This document shows, piece by piece, positions 31,979 to 40,732 of a stretch of DNA of 55,910 bases. Positions within the stretch are counted from its first letter, which is position 1. Each line of letters begins with the position of its first letter. A program made the translations under genes and the position numbers. This stretch comes from a bacterium (GTDB taxonomy: Bacteria > Bacteroidota > Ignavibacteria > UBA10030), in the NCBI GenBank assembly GCA_043803945.1, contig JAZDJN010000086.1, forward strand, positions 1 through 55,910, in the 5' to 3' direction. The notes below the pieces were generated by a model. It was not told where the DNA came from, did no database searches, and saw only the letters and a list, made by a program, of their open reading frames with translations.

Positions 31979-34405
31979 ATGAAAAGAATCAAATCTCTTT
32001 GTCTCTTCACCTCATTTCTATTGGTATCACTCCTTCATGCTCAGGTGAGCCGCGTGGAGTTGCGATCACTCACTGGTACGGGATCTCAACGGTGGGATTT
32101 CAACGTCTATCTCCCACCAGAATATGACAACACCACTGAGCGTTTTCCGGTTGTCTACCTTTTTCGAGGTGCTGTGGATGAGTGGTTGGACCGAACTGAA
32201 GATGGGAGCCGAAACGGAAGAAATATTCAGAGCATTATCGATACTCTGATTGCCCAGGGGAAAATGGGCGGAGTCATTCTTGTTATGCCGGGATTCACGG
32301 CGATGACCGGAGCGGCGACGGAGGCTGATTATTCTTTCATCCTCAACACTTTGATTCCTTATATCGATCAAAATTACCGTACACTTCCAAGCCGTTGGTT
32401 TCGAGGATTGGATGGTTTCTCGCTCGGCGGACTTCATATGGTGAACCTGATCTGGCGAAATCCGGAACGTTTCGCATCTGCCGGTTCCTATGATGGGACA
32501 TTCTCTCTCTTCAGTTTCAGTCAAATGACCTCAGCCGGCGAACCCTATTTTGCGCGGCTGCGCCCGATCCAATTTCTGCTGCACAGTGCTGCGGTTGCAC
32601 AAAGCAACCTGAGCACAAATCGTCAGTTTGAAAATCTTCTTGTCAGCTATGGAATCCACAATGCGTTCGATAATCTTCTCTTCTCTTCAACATCGCAGCA
32701 TAACTGGTGGTATGCAGATGAACATATGATCCGCGCTTTACCGCTTCATTGGTCGAAGTTTCAGATTCCGCCGCATAATGTCGCGCTCTCCTGGAAATCC
32801 TCAATACCTCCGAAGGCCGCGGGAACCGTACGGCTTGCATGGTCGATTGGCCTGATGTCGGATTCTTTAAAGACTCTTATCGAGTTTAGCAAAGACGCAG
32901 GTGAAACCTGGAAAACACTACTCTTCTCTTCGAGGAGAGATTCTACGTATGATTGGAATACATTGAACGATGCGGATGGAACAGGGTATCTTGTCCGCGT
33001 CAAGATGTTTGGTGACACTTCGTATGGAATGACACAATCATTGCAGCGATTTACCATAGATAATCCAGGCAATAGCCCGCCAGACATCGTTTCTCTCTCC
33101 CCTAATAAAGGAGAGAGAATTTCAGGTTCGTACAACATTCGATGGACTGCTGAAGATCCGGAAGGTGATCCAATCCAAGTTACGATTTTCGGAAGCAGTG
33201 ATCGTGGTGCCTCATGGCAGATAATCGCGGCCAACCTCCAGAATTCAGGATCATACCAATGGTATTCCCAACTGGAGGCAACCTGTCTTTCATTTCAATT
33301 GAAACTCAGTTGTTCGGACGGAAGTAAGAACTCTGAAATTATTTCTCAACCCTTTGAAGTGTTCAATGCCCGGAATACCATCAGCACCGTGAAGCATATC
33401 GCCGGAACGAGTGACGGACAGATTACCGTTAGTATCGCCGATCCTTCAAAACTCACCGGCCACACGTACAGAATATATTTTGACGACACATCATCCGATG
33501 TGAAACGCTACAACATTCAGGACAAGGCGACGAATGTGGTTGTATTGCGGAACACTCCATTCATTGGAGATGGCAGTGAAGGCCCCCTCTTCGATGGAAT
33601 ACGATTGTCAGTCCTTGACTATCCTGCGGCGAAGAATAATCGAGACTCTACCCGATGGACCCGCGGTACCAGTACGCTTACAACTCAAATCTCCATTCCC
33701 ACCATTTTTTTAGGTGCAGATACGATTCGGGGAGTTGCATATCCATCGGACTATGAGATCAGGATTGCCGATCGTATCGTGGATACATCAAAGACTCTTT
33801 ACGACGCTCCGGCAACACTACTCTATTATAAAGTGTGGAACACCTCCGAGAATCATAAGGTGGATGTTTTGGTTACAGAATTCGATGGTGATGGCATAAT
33901 AAGTCGTTTTGATTATGTGTACATCCTCGAAAAAGATCGAACCGGAGCATCGATTCTGACATGGAGAATTTTCTTCTCTGGAGACGAGAAGACCATTTTG
34001 CCCACGGCAGGAGATGTCTTCACAGTTAAAACAATCAAACCAATACGATCAAACGACATGTATGAGTTTGCTGCGATCGCGACAGAAGTGCTGAGCAGCA
34101 ACAATCTTCTTCAAGAAAGCCCTGCCCTTTTTCAGAACTATCCGAATCCATTCAATCCGCAAACAAAGATAGAATATGAAATCCACCCATCCCCCTTTTA
34201 CGAAAAGGGAGAGCGAGGGGGATTCGTAAGTTTGAAAGTGTTCGATCTTCTCGGCCGCGAGGTGGCGGTGCTGGTAGACGAGGTGAAGCCAGCGGGAAGG
34301 TATCGGGCGACGTGGAATGCAAAGGGATTTTCGAGTGGAATATATTTCTACCGATTGCACGCCGGAAGTTTTGTCGAGACGAAAAAGCTTATGTTGCTCA
34401 AATAA
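31979..34405 (+). CDS. secreted alpha/beta-hydrolase (esterase) with T9SS-type C-terminal sorting domain
   Basis: Signal peptide; VYLPPEY..FPVVYL, GFSLGG nucleophile elbow, HNW; QNYPNPFNP..KKLMLLK. Confidence 0.85.
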   Translation: MKRIKSLCLFTSFLLVSLLHAQVSRVELRSLTGTGSQRWDFNVYLPPEYDNTTERFPVVYLFRGAVDEWLDRTEDGSRNGRNIQSIIDTLIAQGKMGGVILVMPGFTAMTGAATEADYSFILNTLIPYIDQNYRTLPSRWFRGLDGFSLGGLHMVNLIWRNPERFASAGSYDGTFSLFSFSQMTSAGEPYFARLRPIQFLLHSAAVAQSNLSTNRQFENLLVSYGIHNAFDNLLFSSTSQHNWWYADEHMIRALPLHWSKFQIPPHNVALSWKSSIPPKAAGTVRLAWSIGLMSDSLKTLIEFSKDAGETWKTLLFSSRRDSTYDWNTLNDADGTGYLVRVKMFGDTSYGMTQSLQRFTIDNPGNSPPDIVSLSPNKGERISGSYNIRWTAEDPEGDPIQVTIFGSSDRGASWQIIAANLQNSGSYQWYSQLEATCLSFQLKLSCSDGSKNSEIISQPFEVFNARNTISTVKHIAGTSDGQITVSIADPSKLTGHTYRIYFDDTSSDVKRYNIQDKATNVVVLRNTPFIGDGSEGPLFDGIRLSVLDYPAAKNNRDSTRWTRGTSTLTTQISIPTIFLGADTIRGVAYPSDYEIRIADRIVDTSKTLYDAPATLLYYKVWNTSENHKVDVLVTEFDGDGIISRFDYVYILEKDRTGASILTWRIFFSGDEKTILPTAGDVFTVKTIKPIRSNDMYEFAAIATEVLSSNNLLQESPALFQNYPNPFNPQTKIEYEIHPSPFYEKGERGGFVSLKVFDLLGREVAVLVDEVKPAGRYRATWNAKGFSSGIYFYRLHAGSFVETKKLMLLK
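34181..34224. repeat. palindromic REP-like element inserted in frame in the esterase CTD
   Basis: ATCCACCCATCCCCCTTTTACGAAAAGGGAGAGCGAGGGGGATT: hairpin CCCTTTT-ACG-AAAAGGG and ATCCCCC/GGGGGAT pairing; encodes IHPSPFYEKGERGGF. Confidence 0.65.
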
Positions 34406-34980
34406 TAGGTATCCATATCGCCGTTGGTGAGAAGAATTGCATTCGGCGGAAGATTTCGCAATTCGGCCCGGCCATACGCGAGCGAGGCTTTCGTGAAGAA
34501 CCCTGTCTCGACCAGTTTCCGGAGCGTTTTGTTCTGAAGCGCCGGATCGGCATGACGAATGGCTTCTCCCCACATCATCAACCATGCATTCGGGTCCGTG
34601 GAATCGCACTCGATTGCTTTTTTCACATACACCAGAACGGTATCATTGTTGAGGTAACTGGACTGAGCGATTATGATGTGAGCGAAGCTGGAAAAGGGAT
34701 TGAGTGCCAGTGCTTTCCGTGCATGCTGCACTGCGTCATCAAGCCTCCCCATCCGCCGGTACGTTTCCGCAAGCCACGCGTGGGCTTCTGCATTCTTCGA
34801 ATCCTTTTCCACAATCTGCTGAAAGAGTAGAAGGGCCTGCTGAAATTTTGTTTCGAAGAAGAGAGCGAGCGGCTTATCGAGACCAGACGCTTCGGTTTGA
34901 GCAGTGCAATTTGCTGTCGCAATAATACATCCCAGAAGGATGGCAAACGAGAGCGTTGAGAATAAGTGAAGTTTTATCAT
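34406..34980 (-). pseudogene. 3'-truncated secreted TPR protein
   Basis: Own ATG and signal peptide (MIKLHLFSTLSFAILLG), TPR helices; sequence breaks after LPPNAILLTNGDMDTY at the esterase stop codon. Confidence 0.6.
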
Positions 34981-35076
34981 AGCTGGTGCGTTCATGACTT
35001 TGTGGTGATACTTTTCGAACGGTTCTTTATCGATCGAATCTCCGCGTTTCAAGCACCTTACCAAAAATAACGGTAT

Positions 35077-35541
35077 ATGGAGACGCATTACTGTTATCTC
35101 AGCCTTGTCTCCTCGAATGACTCGATGCTCTCCTAACTGTAAATCGATTCCGGTGTATTGCCGTTCCCCCATGCTATCTCCATTCAATTTGCTGCATGCT
35201 TCCGGGCTTGCTAATAACTCAATTATTGGGTGCTTCAGAAGAAACCGGGAGACCAGTTCAGCATTGAAATGATCGGGATGATCGTGCGTCACAAGGAAGT
35301 AATCGACGTTGTCAAACGGAGAAACGCCATCGATGATTTTGGCCGCCAATGTATCAGAAGGATTGACGTAATACTTCGACATTGGGAGAGCATCGATGAG
35401 AACTTTCGTGCTGCCCATTGATATCATGAATCCTTCATTGGCAATGTAGGTAACTTCGAGCGTGTCCTTCCGGTTGTTCTGTTGATATGCAACAACCTGC
35501 AGAAAGCTCAGGAGAAGGAGAACACCGGATTGTATCATCAA
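35077..35541 (-). pseudogene. 3'-truncated metallo-beta-lactamase-fold hydrolase
   Basis: Signal peptide, TYIANEGF, LIDA, THDHPDH motif; stops after ITVMRLH and lacks the later H/D/H ligands; reads through in frame into the TPR fragment. Confidence 0.65.
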
Positions 35542-36241
35542 TCACCTCTATGAGGAATGAATTGAGTCCGTAGTGATTGCAGGAAAAGCTGTACACTGTC
35601 ATCGGGTGACAATATATAGGACTAATGGCGATAATGTAGAGACGTTTGTAGGGATTGTCAATAACACTGATGTGGGTGTACCAAGCAATGTGCTAAGATT
35701 TCCCGGTCTGAACTAAAGATTCTCACACCGGTCTTTGCTGCAGTCCAGCTCAAACCGTTAATCGAGGAAGGAAGACGACGACGTACAAGTAATGATGGAT
35801 ATTGTTCATCCATGGTGAATTAAGATGGATGATCTTTCTCTCATGACCCACAGGAAGGTCTGAAATTCTCCAGAAACACCTCGATGGTCTAACAATCTCC
35901 CTCGAACCATGATACGCCATGTGTCAGTTGCTATTCAAGTGGAAAGGGGGTATACTGACCCAGCCATTATGGCCCACTGAACGCATAGCGAGTTCAAGCA
36001 CATCCGGGCAATAGTCAGGATGAGGCCGCAGTGGTCGTCACGTCAAAAAGCGTTCGTTGTTCACCTTCCCTGAAAAGATGTTCTTCGCTCTTCTTCGTGC
36101 ACCACTGAACGGTAACCGGCGTTCGTTCGAATGCTCCTTCGTCGCCATGGGAGAGCAGAGTATGGAATCAGGCAGAAACGGTACTCTTGCACACGGTATC
36201 AGGGTAAAATATCTGTAACAGTAAACCAGTAAAATGAACTA

Positions 36242-36544
36242 ATGGTGATAGTGAATATGAAGACTTTTATGATGCACGGTCCTGATTTGTATGATTCACA
36301 CAAGCGTCGAATTGCCGTCGCAAGGGGCATGGGTATTTATGACGGTAATAATCAGAGAGTTGGGACTATCCGTGGAAATTTTTTCTTCGATTTAGACAAC
36401 AGGATGATGATGACACTTCGGGGTGCGGAAATCTACGATTCTTTAAATAATCGGATTGCTTCGCTTATGGATGTACAGAAATCAATTGCAGGAGCAGGAG
36501 AAGAAATGCTTTACGCAGCCCTCTGGTATTGTTTTGTTCGGTAG
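36242..36544 (+). CDS. small beta-repeat (beta-flower-like) hypothetical protein
   Basis: Four ~16-aa repeats G..(I/L/F)(Y/F)D..N.R...(R)G. Confidence 0.55.
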   Translation: MVIVNMKTFMMHGPDLYDSHKRRIAVARGMGIYDGNNQRVGTIRGNFFFDLDNRMMMTLRGAEIYDSLNNRIASLMDVQKSIAGAGEEMLYAALWYCFVR

Positions 36545-36675
36545 GAGCGCGGTATCTTTGAAATTGGACTTGCCTCATCGGAGTCAACAAGATCTTTAAA
36601 AAAGGCATTGCGGATATCGCAAAACCTCTCCGCTTGAAGGGAGACAATGGTCAGCTTTGGAACATAACAGTGAGA

Positions 36676-38010
36676 TCAAAAAGTACCGTCGGCGCTAAGA
36701 CGGCTCCGGTAGCTGATATTGAGCGGAAGGGTTGCGCGGAGCATTGTGTTTGGATTCAGATACGCCAACTCATTGCGAAGACGTCGTGCGATTGATTGCC
36801 TCGAATAGAATTTGCTCAACACCCAGTCATGACCATCCTTGAGGACCTCGCGACCCATCCTATGCGGCTCAAACACAACATGGCGAAAGTCGTAATGTCC
36901 CCAGTTCTTGTCGACGATTCTTCCTTCCCGGTCCATTTCATCAAAGAGCGGTGTTCCCGGAAAAGGGGTCAGAATGGTCGCCTGAAGTACATCAACATTC
37001 GATGTGAGCAGGAATTCGAGTGTCCGAGGAAAGATCTCCGGTGTATCTGAATCGTTGCCAAAAACAATCGCTGCACAGACACTGATTCCCTTCAAATGGA
37101 TTTGTTTAATCACCCACGCATAGTCTTTGGCTCGATTGAAACTCTTGTTCCAGTCTTTTAGACCATCCTGAGAAAGTGATTCAAAACCCACAAAGAGCCC
37201 GCGGCAGCCGCTACGACGCGCAAGACTGAGGAGTTCATCGTTATAAGCAACCCTCGTACTGCATTGACTGAACCAAATCTTTCCGAGAGGAATCATCTTC
37301 TCAAAGAGGTCCTTGGCATAGTCGGCATCGGAGATAATGTTGTCGTCCATAAACAGCAGATACTTTCCGAGCTGCTTCAACTCTTCAATGACCTCATCGA
37401 CTGGTCGTGAACGGAATTTCTGTCCGAAAAAGGTCGAAATAGAACAAAATGTGCAGCGCTGCGGACATCCACGCGTTGCCTGAACAGTATCGACAACCGA
37501 ATAGGAGCCTTGCTTGATCAGGCCTCGATCGGGAACAGGGAGGCCTTTCAGATCAACCGTGCCATTCCGATAGATCCGGCTGAGTCTCCCAGCCATAAAA
37601 TCCTCAATCATACGGGGGACATTGTTCTCCGCTTCTCCAATGCAGACAGCATCTGCATGCCCAAGCACTTCCTCTGGCATGAAGGAAGGATGATATCCTC
37701 CGACGATGACTGGTTTGCTGCGATGGTTTCGGAATTCATCAGCAATCTCATACGCACGCGGGGCATTAAAGGTCATAAATGAAATACCGATAAGGTCGGC
37801 GTCTGTATCGAAGTCAATGGCCTCCACCTCTTCATCGACGATTCTTGTTTCGACAGAGGCCGGCATGGCGGCTGCCACATAGAGACTTGAGAGCATGGAG
37901 TAGCGAAAGATCTGTGTCTTTTTCAGAGGACCCTTTCCGGATGTAACTCGCCATTCCGGGGCCGTTGGATTGATTAAAAGAAATTTCAGCCGCTTATGCA
38001 TAGGTTCCAT
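36676..38010 (-). CDS. B12-binding radical SAM protein
   Basis: VGGYHPS, GEAE, TRGCPQRCTFC, DDN, GFES, TPFPGT; start 38010 (or 38001) preferred over 38085. Confidence 0.92.
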   Translation of the reverse strand: MEPMHKRLKFLLINPTAPEWRVTSGKGPLKKTQIFRYSMLSSLYVAAAMPASVETRIVDEEVEAIDFDTDADLIGISFMTFNAPRAYEIADEFRNHRSKPVIVGGYHPSFMPEEVLGHADAVCIGEAENNVPRMIEDFMAGRLSRIYRNGTVDLKGLPVPDRGLIKQGSYSVVDTVQATRGCPQRCTFCSISTFFGQKFRSRPVDEVIEELKQLGKYLLFMDDNIISDADYAKDLFEKMIPLGKIWFSQCSTRVAYNDELLSLARRSGCRGLFVGFESLSQDGLKDWNKSFNRAKDYAWVIKQIHLKGISVCAAIVFGNDSDTPEIFPRTLEFLLTSNVDVLQATILTPFPGTPLFDEMDREGRIVDKNWGHYDFRHVVFEPHRMGREVLKDGHDWVLSKFYSRQSIARRLRNELAYLNPNTMLRATLPLNISYRSRLSADGTF

Positions 38011-39370
38011 TCGAAGCCCGCTGTGGATGATTGCTGTGATGGTGGTGAAGTTCGAGCATCGCCTGATAATCAGTGCGCATCTCAAGATTGAAAAGGAAAA
38101 GTGTCGCTGCCGTCAATGGATTAATTCTCATCGAACGCCGCATAATCTCTCGATAGGATGTTAGGCGACGATAGAGTCGAAGAAATCCTGTTTCAGCCTC
38201 GTCAACCGACATAAGCTTCGGGAGGTAGAAACAATGACTGCACGCAGTGGCATAGCGTGCATTATTTTTCAGAAACTCCTCCTCGTTTTGAATAAGGAGC
38301 CGGCCCTCGTTCTTGAGCCGCTCAGAGGCTTTGGTGCCCGGTGCAGGAAGGAGCAAATTCAGAATGGGAAGCGCTATTCGGTTGTCGTGGATAAAATCGA
38401 ACAGGGTCTCAAACGTGTCGACCGTATCACCGTCGAGTCCCAGCATGAAGTAGCCGCCGACTTCGATTCCGGCATCACGTATACGGGCAATACGCTCCCG
38501 GTGGCGCGATACTGCATAGTATTTGTCAAACCCAGTGAGATTCTCCTGATTCAGCGTTTCGAGTCCCACGAGCAACATGATACAGCCCGATTCTTTGAGT
38601 AACCGAAGGAGCACCGGATCATCCCCGATATCGATCGTGCATTGAGCACCCCATCGAATGTTGAGATCCTCTTCGACGATGCGCAGGCAAAGACGAGCTA
38701 GGTACTCCCTATTATTGAAGATATTTGCATCACCGAATACAATATCACGTCCTCGCTTGCGCACGACATGGAGATCCGTCAGGACACATTCGATGTTGCG
38801 CAAACGGTATTGCCCCTTGCAGAGGGTCGCTGTACAACAGAAATCACAATTATTCCTGCACCCAATGCTTGTGAGAACAGGCATGAACTGCATCTCTTTG
38901 CCCTTCAGCACGGAATAGTCAAAGGGGAAGTTGACATGCAATCCGCCCTGGTACTCCGCCAAATGCTGACCGGTACATATATCGTTAAGAATCGTCTGCA
39001 TTTCTCGCCGACCGGGGCTGCCGTGTACGATGATGTCGCAAATTGTGCGGAGTCTCTCAATGCTGAAGCTTGCTTGGCTGCCGCCGAAGATCACGGTTTT
39101 CCCTCGCTTCCTGAATTCACGAGCGATCTCAATACCGTGGAGGAGATCATATCCCATCGAGGAAATACCGACAACCGATGCAGGAGAATCATAATCGACG
39201 TCATTGTAATACTCGATACAGAATGTCTTTTCCCAATCATCCGGAATGGTCGCGCTTAAAGCCGGAAGAGCCAACGAGCAGTAAGAGAGCTTCCTGCCTT
39301 TGAAGAGATCACCGTTTGGATTGCGGTAGGTCGGCTGAATGAGGTAGATTCTTTTCTCCTGTGGTTTCAT
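37994..39370 (-). CDS. B12-binding radical SAM protein
   Basis: IFGG, GCRNNCDFC, GLET, PAPGT; GGAG RBS upstream. Confidence 0.9.
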   Translation of the reverse strand: MKPQEKRIYLIQPTYRNPNGDLFKGRKLSYCSLALPALSATIPDDWEKTFCIEYYNDVDYDSPASVVGISSMGYDLLHGIEIAREFRKRGKTVIFGGSQASFSIERLRTICDIIVHGSPGRREMQTILNDICTGQHLAEYQGGLHVNFPFDYSVLKGKEMQFMPVLTSIGCRNNCDFCCTATLCKGQYRLRNIECVLTDLHVVRKRGRDIVFGDANIFNNREYLARLCLRIVEEDLNIRWGAQCTIDIGDDPVLLRLLKESGCIMLLVGLETLNQENLTGFDKYYAVSRHRERIARIRDAGIEVGGYFMLGLDGDTVDTFETLFDFIHDNRIALPILNLLLPAPGTKASERLKNEGRLLIQNEEEFLKNNARYATACSHCFYLPKLMSVDEAETGFLRLYRRLTSYREIMRRSMRINPLTAATLFLFNLEMRTDYQAMLELHHHHSNHPQRASNGTYA

Positions 39371-39750
39371 TGGCTCCTCCTTCGTGGGAGACCACCCTTG
39401 TATGGGTAACGACTGAAAGGATTACTTCTAAGCTATCACATTCAAGAATGAAAGGCAATGCTCGAGACAACGGGAATGCAGGGAACGATCGAAAGGCAGG
39501 ATGCATTGGATCTGAAGCAATTCCGGTTTGTGTTGCAGCATACTATTCAATAAATAATTTTCTGTATTAAACGCTCAGGGATTCATACAAAACACAGCGG
39601 TAATCTTGAATCACAAAGAAAAAAGAACTAATTAGGAGAGAATATTCTTATGCAATAAACGTTGAGTTCTCTCTCGAGAGACAGAATTCTTCCACAAGCA
39701 GTAGAAGATTTTCTCAGCATGGTTGCTTTAAAAATTCGGTTTGTGTCTCG

Positions 39751-40695
39751 ATGAATATGACTGATGTTATCTTCCATATCCAACGCTTCTCGCTTCATGA
39801 TGGTCCAGGTATCCGAACATCCGTCTTTCTTAAAGGGTGTCCGATGCGCTGTTTATGGTGCCACAATCCCGAAGGACAAAATTCCCAACCCGAGATTCGC
39901 TATTTTCCCGACCGCTGCATCGCGTGCGGGAACTGTGCCGCAGCGTGCCCGTACCATGCCCATGAGATGACTGACGGAAATCATGTCTTCCTCAGGGAAC
40001 GCTGCGAAGTGGACTTGTCTTGCGTCGAGACCTGTTACTCTCAGGCAATTCAGCTCAATGGTCGGTGTATGACAATTGAAGAGGTAATGGAAGAAATTGT
40101 GCGGGATCAAGCTTTCTATAACGCTTCCGGCGGCGGCGTGACATTGACGGGTGGTGAGCCGGCAATGAAGGGCGATTTTATAAGAACGCTCCTGCAACTC
40201 TGCAAGGAAAGAGGAATTCATACTGCCATTGAGACATGCGGTGAATACCCGTGGGCTGCCTTGGAAGAACTGTTACCCTTCATCGATTTACTAATGATGG
40301 ATATTAAGCAAATCGATGCCAGCAAACACCAGATGATCACAGGAAAATCAAACCGCCGTATTCTTTCGAACGCCCGTCGATTGGCGTCGACAAACAAGCC
40401 CATAATATTCCGCACACCGGTTGTTCCCACAGTGAATGATTCGGAAGAAGATATCAGAAAAATTGCATCGTTCATCCAAGAATTGATTGAAGGGCGGAAG
40501 AAGAACGTAATCCCTCAAAATGGAAACAATACTATCCAATATGAATTACTCGCTTTTCACAAACTCGCAGCCGACAAATATCTGAGTTTAGGATTGACAG
40601 ATCTTGCATCGGCCATCGAGCCGCCGACGAAAGAGAAAATGACGGAGCTGGTTCGTATCGTTCAACAGTATGGCATTGAAGCCAGATTTCGGTAA
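39751..40695 (+). CDS. glycyl-radical enzyme activating enzyme (radical SAM with ferredoxin-like insert)
   Basis: HDGPGIRT, KGCPMRCLWCHNPE, CIACGNCAAAC, TGGEP. Confidence 0.95.
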   Translation: MNMTDVIFHIQRFSLHDGPGIRTSVFLKGCPMRCLWCHNPEGQNSQPEIRYFPDRCIACGNCAAACPYHAHEMTDGNHVFLRERCEVDLSCVETCYSQAIQLNGRCMTIEEVMEEIVRDQAFYNASGGGVTLTGGEPAMKGDFIRTLLQLCKERGIHTAIETCGEYPWAALEELLPFIDLLMMDIKQIDASKHQMITGKSNRRILSNARRLASTNKPIIFRTPVVPTVNDSEEDIRKIASFIQELIEGRKKNVIPQNGNNTIQYELLAFHKLAADKYLSLGLTDLASAIEPPTKEKMTELVRIVQQYGIEARFR

Positions 40696-40732
40696 CGCTA
40701 TCAACAATAAAAATTGCAGAAGAGATTACACC

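Noticed and set aside
35545-36240. 700-bp non-coding interval, possible ncRNA or riboswitch
   Set aside because: No recognisable conserved motif or convincing structure by eye; needs an Rfam/Infernal scan
39370-39750. Cobalamin riboswitch upstream of the B12-radical SAM genes
   Set aside because: Conserved B12-box elements could not be identified
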